Shown: positions 36,887 to 46,774 of the stretch, piece after piece
Layout: each line of letters starts with the position of its first letter
Position numbering within the stretch: the stretch's first letter is position 1
NCBI GenBank assembly: GCA_046313635.1
Contig: JBKBYA010000005.1
Coordinates: forward strand, 1-61,472
Source: Pyrinomonadaceae bacterium
GTDB lineage: Bacteria > Acidobacteriota > Blastocatellia > Pyrinomonadales > Pyrinomonadaceae
DNA: 61,472 nt
Reading direction: 5' to 3'
The notes under the pieces: model-generated
What the model was told of the DNA's origin: nothing
The model's database searches: none
The model's input: only the letters and a program-made list of their open reading frames with translations
Translations under genes and position numbers: made by a program

Positions 36887-37008
36887 CGGAAAAGCAAAGC
36901 TTTTCCGCTCGGCGAAAAGAGATTGTAATTCTCCCGTTGGCGAAAAGAGCGCGTAGTCATCCGCTCAGCAGAAGGAAAGCGAGGCAGAGCTTTTCCGCTC
37001 GACAAAAG
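36887..37008. repeat. REP-like palindromes right of the RAYT gene (one perfect, one degenerate)
   Basis: CGGAAAAGCAAAGCTTTTCCGCTCGGCGA at 36887-36915; GCAGAGCTTTTCCGCTCGACAAAAG ending at 37008. Confidence 0.8.
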
Positions 37009-37067
37009 ACATCGGCGAAGTGTTCGAGAAAGCGCTCGAGTTTTGGATGTCGCCGCGAGTGCGGACG

Positions 37068-38084
37068 CTATTCCGGATTGTCCTTTATAAACTTCTCCAG
37101 CCGCTTTTTCTCGGCATAACTGGGCACCTTTTCGAGAAACGCCTTGTACTCTTTGGTCGCGAGCTGTTTGGCGCCGGCGAGTTCGTAGAGTCGCCCTTTG
37201 AGCAGATGTGCGTCGGCCTGACCGATGGGGTCGAGCCGAAGCGCCTCGTCTAGAGCGCGCACGCCGAGCGTGCCTTGTCTTGCCTGGAGGTATGCTTCGC
37301 CGAGAAGGCGAAACGTCTGGGCCGAATCGCGGTCGAGCTCGACGGCGTGGCTCAATATCTGGATCGCCGCGTCAAACTGCTTTTGGGCCATTCGCAGCTT
37401 GCCAACCTCGATCCAGGCCGGAGTGTAATCGGTGCGGATCTCGAGCGCTCGGCGGTAAGCTGCGTCGGCCTCCTTATACGAACGCTTGTCGAAATAGAGC
37501 GAGCCGAGCTTGGCCCAGGCGATAAAGTCCTCGGGGTCGACGGTCGTGATCTTTTTGACGAGTTCGATGGCCGAATCGGCGTCGCCTGAGCGTTCGGCGA
37601 CGGCGGTGCGCCGATAGAGCTCGGCGGTCTTGTCGTTTGGCGGGCGTGAGAATTTCGTCGATATCACGCCCGGCGGGCGCGGCCCCTGCGACGCCGCGGC
37701 AACGATCTCAAAGTCCTCACGCTGCTGAGCGGCCCCCATCGACGGCAGCGAGCGTCGCGCGACCTCGAGACCGTCGAGCTCGACGACGAGCTGGCCGTTA
37801 TTTCCCGTTCGGCGAAAGCAGTAGTTGCCCGTCCGATTGAGCACAAGACGCTTTGCCGGCTGCTGCGTGTCCGAGTATGTAACGATGACGCGCGGGAGCT
37901 TGGTCCGCTCTTCAAAGCCCCTAAGCGTCACGCGGCCGTAAACGTACGGGACGTGTGCAAAGGGCGAGTCGAGCGACGGCAAATGGCCCGCCTCGGCGCA
38001 AATATCATCGACCTGCGACCTCGCCGCCGCGGCAAATGCGGCGAGAAGTACGGCTGCCGCCATCGCCCGAATAATGGTGTGCAT
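37068..38084 (-). CDS. Secreted tetratricopeptide repeat protein
   Basis: Signal peptide; TPR patterns (AWAKLGSLYF...AYRRALEI, LLGEAYLQ...ALRLDP). Confidence 0.85.
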   Translation of the reverse strand: MHTIIRAMAAAVLLAAFAAAARSQVDDICAEAGHLPSLDSPFAHVPYVYGRVTLRGFEERTKLPRVIVTYSDTQQPAKRLVLNRTGNYCFRRTGNNGQLVVELDGLEVARRSLPSMGAAQQREDFEIVAAASQGPRPPGVISTKFSRPPNDKTAELYRRTAVAERSGDADSAIELVKKITTVDPEDFIAWAKLGSLYFDKRSYKEADAAYRRALEIRTDYTPAWIEVGKLRMAQKQFDAAIQILSHAVELDRDSAQTFRLLGEAYLQARQGTLGVRALDEALRLDPIGQADAHLLKGRLYELAGAKQLATKEYKAFLEKVPSYAEKKRLEKFIKDNPE

Positions 38085-38176
38085 ACGGAATCTTCTCGCT
38101 ACTGATATTCCAACATCCGGCGCCAAGTCAAGCTGCTTGGCCGCAGCCAGGCTCTGCTACCATAGCTGCATTTACG

Positions 38177-39466
38177 ATGGACACAGCACAAGACCAGCCG
38201 ATCCTGCGCACAGAGGCCGTCGCGGGTGTCACGACCTTTTTGACGATGGCGTACATCGTCGTCGTTAACCCGGCGATATTGTCAACCGAAGGCACTGGCA
38301 TTCCCTTCAGCGGAGCGTTGACTGCGACGGTGCTCGTGGCGTCTGCGATGACGCTCCTGATGGGACTCTACGCGAAGCTGCCCTACGCGGTCGCGCCGGG
38401 GATGGGATTGAACGCGTTCTTTACATACTCGATCATCCTCGGGCAAAAGGTGCCGTGGCCGACGGCTCTGGGAATGGTGTTCTGGTCGGGCGTCTTGTTT
38501 CTGATCGTGTCGGCGACGCCTCTGCGGGTGATGATCGCGCGGGCGATACCGCGGAATCTGCGGTTCGCCGCCGGAGCGGGGATCGGGATCTTTTTGACCT
38601 TTATCGGGTTAAAGAACGCCGGCTTTATCGCGGCCGATCCGGTAACCTTTGTCAAGCTCGGCGAGATCGGATGGCCGTCGGTGATGACGCTGCTCGGCGT
38701 CCTCGTCGCCGTGTGGCTGCTGAAGCGTCGAAGCTCGTTCGCGTTTCTCGCGGCGATCGCGGCGGTGACGGTTGTCGCTTTGATCGCGGGGTGGGTCGCT
38801 CTGCCGGAGCGTGTCGTGAGCATGCCCGACCTTACGAGCGTCTTTTTGAAGCTCGACATCTTCGGCGCTCTAAAGCTCTCGCTCGCGCCGGCGATCGTGT
38901 CGATCATGCTGACGGACCTGTTCGATTCGCTGTCGACCTTTATGGGCGTGTCGCACGCGGCCGGCCTGGTCGATGACGACGGCGAGCCTAAGAATCTGCA
39001 GCGCGGGTTGATCGTGGATTCTTTCGCGACGTTTAGTGCCGGGCTCTTCGGTTCGTCGCCGGGGACGGCCTATATCGAGAGCGTCGCGGGGATCGAGATG
39101 GGCGGGCGAACCGGCTGGACGGCCGTCGTTTGCGCCTTGTGCTTTTTGCCGTGCCTGTTTATCGCTCCGCTCGCCGCGATCGTGCCGCCTTACGCGACGG
39201 CGGTCGTGCTGCTGCTCGTCGGGGCCTTTATGTTTCGCAGCGTCCACGAGCTCGAGCTCGAGCATCTCGAAGACGCCGTCCCCGCATTCCTCACCGCCAT
39301 CCTTATCCCGCTCACCTTCTCCATCACCCAAGGCATCCTCTGGGGCTTCATCTCACACGTCGCGTTGTACGTTTTGGCAGGAAGGCGACTTGAATTGAAA
39401 CCGATGATGTACGCCCTCGCGCTCGTTGCCGTGGGACTGGTTTGGTTGGAGCACGGACCGGGATAG
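38177..39466 (+). CDS. NCS2/AzgA family purine permease
   Basis: GVTTFLTMAYIVVVNP, APGMGLNAFF, YIESVAG and GGRTG. Confidence 0.92.
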   Translation: MDTAQDQPILRTEAVAGVTTFLTMAYIVVVNPAILSTEGTGIPFSGALTATVLVASAMTLLMGLYAKLPYAVAPGMGLNAFFTYSIILGQKVPWPTALGMVFWSGVLFLIVSATPLRVMIARAIPRNLRFAAGAGIGIFLTFIGLKNAGFIAADPVTFVKLGEIGWPSVMTLLGVLVAVWLLKRRSSFAFLAAIAAVTVVALIAGWVALPERVVSMPDLTSVFLKLDIFGALKLSLAPAIVSIMLTDLFDSLSTFMGVSHAAGLVDDDGEPKNLQRGLIVDSFATFSAGLFGSSPGTAYIESVAGIEMGGRTGWTAVVCALCFLPCLFIAPLAAIVPPYATAVVLLLVGAFMFRSVHELELEHLEDAVPAFLTAILIPLTFSITQGILWGFISHVALYVLAGRRLELKPMMYALALVAVGLVWLEHGPG

Positions 39467-39478
39467 TACGCAAAAAAT

Positions 39479-39510
39479 GAAGCCGTGGAGGTGGGATGCT
39501 CCACGGCTTC
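39479..39510. terminator. Hairpin between convergent genes
   Basis: GAAGCCGTGGAG-8 nt-CTCCACGGCTTC perfect 12-bp stem. Confidence 0.65.
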
Positions 39511-39588
39511 TGTTGTCTCGGGTCGGGGTGAGCCCGCCCGAGCTCGAACGAACTTACCCGTCAAAAGGCGGGCCGTTCGAAGTCGTCG

Positions 39589-39927
39589 CTAGTAACGGCG
39601 AACCTTGACGTAGCGGCGCTTTTTCTTATTGAACTTGTACGTGTACAGCGCCGAGCTGCCCGCTCCGACACCGGCGCCGATCAGAGCACCTTTACCGCCC
39701 CCGATGAGGCCGCCGATCAATGCCCCGCCGCCGGTACCGATCGCCATGTTGATGCGATTGCGGTGACGCCGGTAATAGCTCGGCTTGCGCACGCGAACGT
39801 ACGTCACGCGGCCGTTGCGGACGACCTTTCTAAGATAGGTCTGAGCGACAGCTTCGGTCGGCGACGTAAAGACGAGACCGCCGGCAAAAACTACCATCAT
39901 TAAGATTGCGATGAATGATCTTTTCAT
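39589..39927 (-). CDS. Small basic secreted glycine-zipper protein
   Basis: Signal peptide MKRSFIAIL...; IGTGGGALIGGLIGGGKGALIGAGVGAG. Confidence 0.8.
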   Translation of the reverse strand: MKRSFIAILMMVVFAGGLVFTSPTEAVAQTYLRKVVRNGRVTYVRVRKPSYYRRHRNRINMAIGTGGGALIGGLIGGGKGALIGAGVGAGSSALYTYKFNKKKRRYVKVRRY

Positions 39928-40078
39928 TGTTACTTCCCCTCTGAAAAATTTTTCCAGTTGCTCGACACACTCACTTCGACGCTCATTTTTGCAATCACGG
40001 TGCCAAAAAAGTGTCCGAGAGTGAGACAGGACGAAATGGGGGAGCGGAGGAGGAGAGGAGCAAAGGAAGTGTGCTCCG

Positions 40079-40110
40079 CTCCTCACCTCCTCACCTCCTC
40101 ACCTCCTCAC
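40079..40110. repeat. Tandem repeat (CTCCTCAC)4
   Basis: Four exact 8-mers preceded by a purine-rich GGAG tract at about 40037-40070. Confidence 0.85.
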
Positions 40111-40165
40111 CGCTAGAGCGCTCTAACTTCACCTAACGTTGAATTTCTTCTATCCTTCGAAGCGT

Positions 40166-41119
40166 ATGGCGAATATTTTTGAGCTGACGACACGGCCGCC
40201 GGCGGACGTGTTCTACAGCAGGCACGACGTAAACGACCCGCGACTCGGCGAGGTCGTCTGCGGTAAGGAGTCAGATTACGAACGCGCCGAGATCGTAATT
40301 CTCGGCTGCCCGCAGGACGAGGGCGTGCGGCGGCAGGAGGGACGCGAAGGCGCGGCACTCGCCCCGGCGGCGATCAGGCGCGAGTTTTATATGCTGACGC
40401 CGATGAACATCAAAAAGCGGTTATTCGACCTCGGCGACACGATCGTCGAAGGCTCGCTCGAGGAGATACACGAGCGGCATTACGAGATCGTCTCGACACT
40501 CATTCGTGACGGCAAGCGCGTGATCGTGCTCGGCGGCGGCAACGACATCTCGTACCCCGACGGCCGCGCGATGGCCGACGTTTTTGGCATCGAGAATTGG
40601 ATCGGCGTCAATATCGACTCGCACCTCGACGTGCGTGCCGACGAGGTGCGAAACAGCGGCACGCCGTATCGTCAGCTGCTCGAAGAGAAACTCTTGCTGC
40701 CCGGCAACTTTTACGAGGTCGCATACCAGACGCACTTTGCCTCGCCGATCTACTACTCGTACATTCGCAGCCTCGGCGTAAACCGCATCAGCCTCGAGCT
40801 GCTGCGTTCGCGGGCCGAGGCCGACCTTGAGCTCAAGGAGAATATCCGGCAAAAGTTCGTCGGGCACAGCTCGGCGATGAGCACCTTTTTCGGCTTTGAT
40901 ATGGACGCCGTGCGGGCGGCGGACGCGCCGGGCACGTCTGCGCCTTCGCCGCTCGGGCTGCGCGCGGGCGAATTCATACAGCTCGTCAAATACGCGGCGT
41001 CGCTCGCCAACACCCGCATGATCGAATTCACCGAGATGAACCCGCACTATGACGTCGACCGCCGGACCGCCAAGCTCGTCGCGATCGGCATGCACCGCTT
41101 CTGCAGCCATACCGAATAA
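40166..41119 (+). CDS. hutG: Formimidoylglutamase (arginase family)
   Basis: GCPQDEGVRR, LGGGND, NIDSHLDVR, NSGTPY and PGTSAPSPLG. Confidence 0.88.
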   Translation: MANIFELTTRPPADVFYSRHDVNDPRLGEVVCGKESDYERAEIVILGCPQDEGVRRQEGREGAALAPAAIRREFYMLTPMNIKKRLFDLGDTIVEGSLEEIHERHYEIVSTLIRDGKRVIVLGGGNDISYPDGRAMADVFGIENWIGVNIDSHLDVRADEVRNSGTPYRQLLEEKLLLPGNFYEVAYQTHFASPIYYSYIRSLGVNRISLELLRSRAEADLELKENIRQKFVGHSSAMSTFFGFDMDAVRAADAPGTSAPSPLGLRAGEFIQLVKYAASLANTRMIEFTEMNPHYDVDRRTAKLVAIGMHRFCSHTE

Positions 41120-41427
41120 TGAGCGTAACGTACGAGATCACGGCGGAGGTCCGCGCGGACCTTGACGAACAATACGAGCGTTACATGATCGACCGGCATA
41201 TTCCCGATCTGATGGCGACCGGCGCCTTCGTCTCGGCGTCGCTGTCGCGATCTTCGCCGGGGCGCTATCGCGTACGGTACGAGGCGGTCGGTCGTGACGC
41301 GCTGAACGCCTATCTCCGCGATCATGCGCCGCGGCTGCGCGAGCATTTTTCGGCGACACTGCCTGACGGGATATCGCTCTCACGCGAAGAGTGGGACGTG
41401 CTCAAAACCTTTCGCCCGGCCGCGTGA
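41119..41427 (+). CDS. DUF4286-like small protein
   Basis: TYEITAEV...HIPDLMATGAF...YLRDHAPRLR. Confidence 0.7.
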   Translation: MSVTYEITAEVRADLDEQYERYMIDRHIPDLMATGAFVSASLSRSSPGRYRVRYEAVGRDALNAYLRDHAPRLREHFSATLPDGISLSREEWDVLKTFRPAA

Positions 41428-41439
41428 TAAACTGCTGAA

Positions 41440-41694
41440 ATGGAACAGAGATCGTACAAGGGGGTCGAGCGCAAAGACCTCGACAGGATCAGGACCGAGC
41501 TTGCGAAATTCGGCATCAAAATGCCCGACGGCGACAACGTCGAGGTCAAGGGGCCTCTCGGCGTGAAGATGCAGGTCGACTACGACGAACCGCAAAAAAC
41601 ACTCAGCCTCACGATCGTGAACAAGCCTGCCTTTGTCACCGAAAACCAGATCTGGAAGGTCGTCGAGATGAGCGCGGGCAAGGTCGGACGCTGA
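41440..41694 (+). CDS. Hypothetical protein (84 aa)
   Basis: Clean ORF with protein-like composition. Confidence 0.65.
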   Translation: MEQRSYKGVERKDLDRIRTELAKFGIKMPDGDNVEVKGPLGVKMQVDYDEPQKTLSLTIVNKPAFVTENQIWKVVEMSAGKVGR

Positions 41695-41708
41695 CGCGCC
41701 GGGCCGGC

Positions 41709-41737
41709 TTGACAGCCCATAACTCGTTTGGCAATCT
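41709..41737 (+). promoter_or_regulatory. Probable sigma70 promoter for tRNA-Val/thrS
   Basis: TTGACA-17 bp-CAATCT. Confidence 0.55.
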
Positions 41738-41762
41738 AGTACTTCGCTTTTTGAGGCGATAT

Positions 41763-41837
<75 letters not shown>

Positions 41838-41856
41838 TTTTTCTTTTTTCGATAAG

Positions 41857-41907
41857 ATGCTTTCAAAGAACTTTGCCGTTCAGACAACTACTACGACGCG
41901 TTCCTAA
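41857..41907 (+). promoter_or_regulatory. Putative Thr-rich leader peptide MLSKNFAVQTTTTTRS upstream of thrS
   Basis: ATG...ACA ACT ACT ACG ACG CGT TCC TAA TGA, with complementary segments downstream. Confidence 0.72.
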
Positions 41908-42113
41908 TGACGCGAAGACGCGGTGGACTTTTTGTTCGCCGCATTGGCAAAGTCGCTTTTATCGGATCTGATCTGTTTAGTAGTAGGACACGAGAAATTC
42001 GTGGATCGTAAATAGTGGATAGATGAGCGACTCGGCCAGCGACCGAGAGCTTTTGATCGGGAGATCGTGAAGGAAATTTCCAATCACGATCTACGATTCA
42101 CTATTTACCGGCT

Positions 42114-44069
42114 ATGAGCGAGATAAACGTAAAATTCGGCGACAACCAGCGGGCCATACCCGCGCCCGCGACCGTTGCGGACGCGATCAAGGCGTTTGAC
42201 CGCGACGCGCTCAAAAAGGCGCTCGCGGCAAAGGTCAACGGCGAAGAGGTCGACCTGAACAAGCAGCTCGCGCCGACCGACGACGTGCTCTCGATCGAGC
42301 CGATCGCCGCCGATACGCGCGACGGTCTCGAGGTCATTCGCCATTCGACCGCTCATTTGCTTGCCGCTGCGATCCTTGACCTTTTTCCGGGGACCAAGCT
42401 CGGCGTCGGCCCGGCGCTTATGGACGATCCGCGGTACGGATTTTTTTACGACGTGATCGCTCCGCGGCAGCTCAGCGAGGACGATTTGCCCGCGATCGAA
42501 AAGAAGATGCGCGAGCTCGCGAAACGCAATCTTCCCTATCGCCGCGAGGACGTTGAAAAGGCGAAGGTCCTCGATCTCTTCAAAGAGCGCGACGAGCCGC
42601 TCAAGTGCGAGCTGATCGACGAAAAGGTCAACGGCACCGCGAGCATCTACTACATCGACAATTCGCCTTTCATCGACTTTTGCCTCGGCCCGCACGTTCC
42701 GCACACGGGCAAGCTGAAGGCGTTCAAGCTGCTCGCGCTATCGGGTGCGTATTGGAAGGGCGACGCAAGCAAGCAGCAGATGCAGCGCATCTACGGGACC
42801 GCCTTTGCGACGCAGGAGGAACTCGACGCGTGGCTCAAGCAGCGCGAAGAGGCCGAAAAGCGCGACCATCGCCGGCTCGGCCGCGAGCTCGATCTGTTTT
42901 CGATCTCGGACGAGTACGGTCAGGGCCTCGTGCTGTGGCATCCGAAGGGCGGTATCGTGCGCAGCGAGATGGAAAAACTTCTCCGCGAGGAGCTCGAGCG
43001 TCGCGGATACAGCTTTGTGTACACGCCGCACATCGCTAAACGCGAGCTCTGGAAGATCAGCGGGCACGAGGACAACTACGCCGACTCGATGTACGCGCCG
43101 ACGAGCATCGAGGACGAGGAGTACCGCCTCAAGCCGATGAACTGCCCGATGCACATCGGCATTTACAAGTCTTCGCCCCGCTCGTACCGCGACCTGCCTC
43201 AGCGTTATTCCGAGGCCGGCACCGTCTATCGGGCCGAGCTGTCGGGCACGCTGCACGGGCTGATGCGCGTTCGCGGCTTTACCGTCGACGACGCTCACCT
43301 TTTTGTGCGGCCTGACCAGATCCAGGCGGAGATCGCGGATTGTCTCGACTTTGCGATCAAGGTCTTTGAGACTTACGGTTTTGAAAAAGTGAGATTCGAG
43401 CTCTCGGTGCGCGGCAGCGCGGAGAACAAGCTTTATCTCGGCTCGGACGAGACCTGGGCCGCCGCCGAAGAGCAGCTGGCACGGGCGCTCGACGACCGCG
43501 GCATCACGTACGAACGCATCGAGGGCGAGGCCGCATTCTACGGCCCCAAGATCGATATCAAGATCGAGGACGCAATCGGCCGGATCTGGCAGCTGGGCAC
43601 GATCCAGGTCGACTGGAATCTGCCCGAGCGGTTCGAGCTCGAATACACGGGCGAGGACAACCAGAAGCACCGCCCGGTGATGATCCACCGAGCGCTCTTC
43701 GGCTCCATCGAGAGATTCTTCGGCGTGCTGATCGAGCATTACGCCGGAGCGTTCCCGCTGTGGCTCGCGCCGGTGCAGATCGCGGTGCTGCCGATCACCG
43801 ACCGCATCAACGAGTACGCGGAGTCGGTGGCGAGCGAATTGAGAAACGCCGGCTTCCGAGTCGAGGCCAACCTCCGATCCGACAAGATCGGGGCCAAGAT
43901 CCGCGACGCGCAATTGCAAAAAGTTCCCTACATGCTGGTACTCGGCGACAAGGAGCTCGAGGAGCAAAAGGTCGCGGTTCGCGAGAGAAAACAGGGCGAC
44001 ATCGGTGCGATGACGCTGGACGAGTTCAAAGAGATGGCGACGCGGCAGCGTGACTCGCGTGCACTCTAA
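42114..44069 (+). CDS. thrS: Threonine--tRNA ligase
   Basis: RHSTAH, FCLGPH, DHRRLG, KPMNCP and MIHRA. Confidence 0.99.
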   Translation: MSEINVKFGDNQRAIPAPATVADAIKAFDRDALKKALAAKVNGEEVDLNKQLAPTDDVLSIEPIAADTRDGLEVIRHSTAHLLAAAILDLFPGTKLGVGPALMDDPRYGFFYDVIAPRQLSEDDLPAIEKKMRELAKRNLPYRREDVEKAKVLDLFKERDEPLKCELIDEKVNGTASIYYIDNSPFIDFCLGPHVPHTGKLKAFKLLALSGAYWKGDASKQQMQRIYGTAFATQEELDAWLKQREEAEKRDHRRLGRELDLFSISDEYGQGLVLWHPKGGIVRSEMEKLLREELERRGYSFVYTPHIAKRELWKISGHEDNYADSMYAPTSIEDEEYRLKPMNCPMHIGIYKSSPRSYRDLPQRYSEAGTVYRAELSGTLHGLMRVRGFTVDDAHLFVRPDQIQAEIADCLDFAIKVFETYGFEKVRFELSVRGSAENKLYLGSDETWAAAEEQLARALDDRGITYERIEGEAAFYGPKIDIKIEDAIGRIWQLGTIQVDWNLPERFELEYTGEDNQKHRPVMIHRALFGSIERFFGVLIEHYAGAFPLWLAPVQIAVLPITDRINEYAESVASELRNAGFRVEANLRSDKIGAKIRDAQLQKVPYMLVLGDKELEEQKVAVRERKQGDIGAMTLDEFKEMATRQRDSRAL

Positions 44070-44096
44070 GAACGGCATTTAGCAAAGGAGGCGACT

Positions 44097-44798
44097 ATTC
44101 CTAGACGATTTGGTGGACGTAATTTCAGGCCGCGGCAGCGCGAACCGCTTCATCGCACGAATGAGCGGATAAGGGTTCCGGCGGTCCGCGTGGTGACAGA
44201 GGACGGTGAGACGCTCGGCGTGATGGACACGCGCGACGCGATCCAGGAGGCGCGGCGTCGCGGCATCGACCTGGTCGAGATCGCTCCGCAGGCGCAGCCG
44301 CCTGTTTGCAAGCTGATCGATTACGGCAAGTTTCTTTACGAACAAAAGAAGCGTGCACACGAAGCCAAAAAGAAGCAGGTCACGATCTCGGTCAAGGAGA
44401 TCAAGTTTCGCCCGGGCACCGACGATCACGATTACAGCTACCGCCGCGACCACGCACGCGAGTGGCTCGACGACGGCGACAAGGTACGTGCAGCGATCGC
44501 CTTTCGCGGACGCGAAATGACGCACCGCGAGCTCGGAGCAAAGATCCTTAAGCGTCTGACCGAGGAGCTCTCTGACATCGCCGACGTCGAGGTAGCGCCG
44601 AAAATGGAGGGCAATCAGATGTTCACCATCTTTGTCCCGAAGAAGTCGAAGCCCGAGATCAAAAAGCCGCAGCAGGCCCAGCCGGCCGGCGACAATTCGG
44701 CCGCACCGGCCAAGCGTGAACGGGCCGAACGCCCGAAGCCCGAGGCTCCGCCGCAGGCAAAGCCGGAGCCGCGCGACGACGACGACGAGATCTTTTAA
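44097..44798 (+). CDS. infC: Translation initiation factor IF-3 (ATT start, C-terminal extension)
   Basis: AAGGAGG then an in-frame ATT at 44097; NERIR, DLVEIAP, DYGKFLYE, KEIKFRP and FRGRE. Confidence 0.95.
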   Translation: MPRRFGGRNFRPRQREPLHRTNERIRVPAVRVVTEDGETLGVMDTRDAIQEARRRGIDLVEIAPQAQPPVCKLIDYGKFLYEQKKRAHEAKKKQVTISVKEIKFRPGTDDHDYSYRRDHAREWLDDGDKVRAAIAFRGREMTHRELGAKILKRLTEELSDIADVEVAPKMEGNQMFTIFVPKKSKPEIKKPQQAQPAGDNSAAPAKRERAERPKPEAPPQAKPEPRDDDDEIF

Positions 44799-44828
44799 TG
44801 ACGATCATTTAAGACGAGGAGATAAGTT

Positions 44829-45032
44829 ATGCCAAAACTGAAGACACATAAGGGAGCGGCCAAGCGTTTTCGCTCGACGGCCAGCGGCAAGTTCAAACGC
44901 GGCCATTCGCACGCGCGCCACATCCTGACCAAAAAGACCAACAAGCGTAAGCGCAACCTCGACCTCGATACGCTGGTTTCCGAGCAGGACCAGAAAGCGG
45001 TCGAGAGAATGCTGCCGTACGGCCGAGACTAA
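44829..45032 (+). CDS. rpmI: 50S ribosomal protein L35
   Basis: [14 protein letters not shown]...HILTKK. Confidence 0.98.
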   Translation: MPKLKTHKGAAKRFRSTASGKFKRGHSHARHILTKKTNKRKRNLDLDTLVSEQDQKAVERMLPYGRD

Positions 45033-45121
45033 GGATTTTGGATTTTAGATTTCGGATTTTGGATTCAAAGCCGGGCGCGTCGAAGAAGTGATTCCGCACT
45101 CCGCATTCCGAATTCCGCATT
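45033..45121. repeat. Two heptamer arrays in the rpmI-rplT spacer
   Basis: (GGATTTT-like) x4-5 at 45033-45067; (ATTCCGC-like) x4 at 45091-45118. Confidence 0.8.
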
Positions 45122-45130
45122 GGAGGAAAG

Positions 45131-45511
45131 ATGCCTAGAGCAAAACGTGGAAACAAGCGTTTAGAGAAACGTAAAAAGATATTGTCCCTGGCCAAGGGTT
45201 ATCGCGGTACCAAGTCGAAGCTGTACCGCTCGGCCAAGGAGTCGGTCGAGCGCGGACTTGTCTTCGCGTACACCGGCCGCAAGCTGAAGAAGCGCGACTT
45301 TCGCCGCCTCTGGATCGTCCGCATCAACGCGGCGTGCCGTCTGAACGGGATCAAGTATTCGCAGTTCATCCACGGCCTCAGCGTCGCCGGGATCGAACTC
45401 GACCGCAAGTCGCTCGCCGACCTCGCGGTCAAGCAGCCGGAAGCGTTCGCGGCTCTTGCGACGCAGGCGCGCGATGCGGCGGCGAAAGCTCAGCCGGCCG
45501 CGGCAGCCTAA
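45131..45511 (+). CDS. rplT: 50S ribosomal protein L20
   Basis: MPRAKRG...AKGYRG...[16 protein letters not shown]. Confidence 0.98.
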   Translation: MPRAKRGNKRLEKRKKILSLAKGYRGTKSKLYRSAKESVERGLVFAYTGRKLKKRDFRRLWIVRINAACRLNGIKYSQFIHGLSVAGIELDRKSLADLAVKQPEAFAALATQARDAAAKAQPAAAA

Positions 45512-45537
45512 GTCGCGCGGCTAACCAAAAAAACAAG

Positions 45538-45570
45538 AATGGCGTGGCGTCATCAAGACACCACGCCATT
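45538..45570. terminator. Hairpin between rplT and kbl
   Basis: AATGGCGTGGCGT...ACACCACGCCATT with A/T flanks. Confidence 0.6.
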
Positions 45571-45578
45571 ATTGTTGC

Positions 45579-46763
45579 TCAAATTCCGAGTTCGGCTTTC
45601 GCTTCGGCAAACTTTTCGACCGCAAAATCGAGATCTTCTTTTGAATGCGCGGCGGAGACCTGCGTTCGGATCCTCGCCTTCCCTTTCGGCACGACCGGGA
45701 ACGAGAACGGGATGACGTACACGCCTTTCTCGAGGAGCGATTCGGCCATCTTCACCGCCGGCATCGCGTCGCCGAACATCACCGGCACGATCGGGTGTTC
45801 GCCGGGCAAAACTTCCAATCCGACTGCAGCGATCTTTTCGCGAAAGTAGCGCGTGTTGTCCATCAGCCTGTCGCGAAGCCCGGTCGAGCTCTGCAGCAGA
45901 TCGATCGCCGCGATAGACGCCGCGACGATCGGCGGCGCGACTGAATTCGAAAACAGATACGGCCGCGAACGCTGACGGAGCAGGTCGATCATTTCCTTTT
46001 TGCCGCTCGTGTAGCCGCCACTCGCGCCGCCAAGCGCTTTGCCGAGCGTGCCGGTGATGACGTCGATGCGGTCGATCACGCCGTGGTATTCGTGCGTCCC
46101 GCGGCCGTGCTCGCCCATGAAGCCGACCGCGTGCGAATCGTCAACCATCACCAGCGCATCGTACATCTCGGCGAGCTCGCAGATCTCGGGCAGCTTCGCG
46201 ATGTAGCCGTCCATCGAAAAAACGCCGTCCGTCGCGATCATCTTGAATCTCGCTGACGAGGCTTCCTGTAACTTCGCCTCGAGGTCCGCCATATCGCTGT
46301 TCTTGTAGCGAAACCGCTGCGCCTTGCAGAGCCGGATGCCGTCGATGATGCTCGCGTGATTAAGTTCGTCCGAGATGACCGCATCTTCTTCGCCAAGCAG
46401 CGTCTCAAACAGACCGCCATTCGCGTCGAAGCAGCTCGTGTAAAGTATCGTGTCCTCGGTGCCGAGAAACTCGCTGATCTTCCGCTCGAGCTGCTTGTGT
46501 ATCGCCTGCGTGCCGCAAATGAATCGCACCGACGAAAGCCCGTATCCCCACTCATCAAGCCCCTTGTGCGCCGCCTCGACGATCGCCGGATGGTCCGACA
46601 ATCCGAGATAGTTATTGGCGCACATGTTGAGGACCTCTCGGTCGCCGGACACCCGGATCGTCGCCTCTTGCGGGCTCTCGATGACCCGCTCGTTCTTATA
46701 CAGACCGGCTTCGCAGATCTCGTCGATCGTCCTTTCTAAATGCTGTTTGAATTGCCCGTACAT
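45579..46763 (-). CDS. kbl: Glycine C-acetyltransferase (2-amino-3-ketobutyrate CoA ligase)
   Basis: [33 protein letters not shown] and [11 protein letters not shown]. Confidence 0.97.
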   Translation of the reverse strand: MYGQFKQHLERTIDEICEAGLYKNERVIESPQEATIRVSGDREVLNMCANNYLGLSDHPAIVEAAHKGLDEWGYGLSSVRFICGTQAIHKQLERKISEFLGTEDTILYTSCFDANGGLFETLLGEEDAVISDELNHASIIDGIRLCKAQRFRYKNSDMADLEAKLQEASSARFKMIATDGVFSMDGYIAKLPEICELAEMYDALVMVDDSHAVGFMGEHGRGTHEYHGVIDRIDVITGTLGKALGGASGGYTSGKKEMIDLLRQRSRPYLFSNSVAPPIVAASIAAIDLLQSSTGLRDRLMDNTRYFREKIAAVGLEVLPGEHPIVPVMFGDAMPAVKMAESLLEKGVYVIPFSFPVVPKGKARIRTQVSAAHSKEDLDFAVEKFAEAKAELGI

Positions 46764-46774
46764 ATAGTGAATTC

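Noticed and set aside
38085..38176. Purine riboswitch before the NCS2 permease
   Set aside because: The spacer is short and shows no recognisable aptamer consensus.
41838..42113. T-box riboswitch upstream of thrs
   Set aside because: No GGTGGNACCGCG T-box consensus followed by a terminator; the Thr-codon leader ORF explains the region better.
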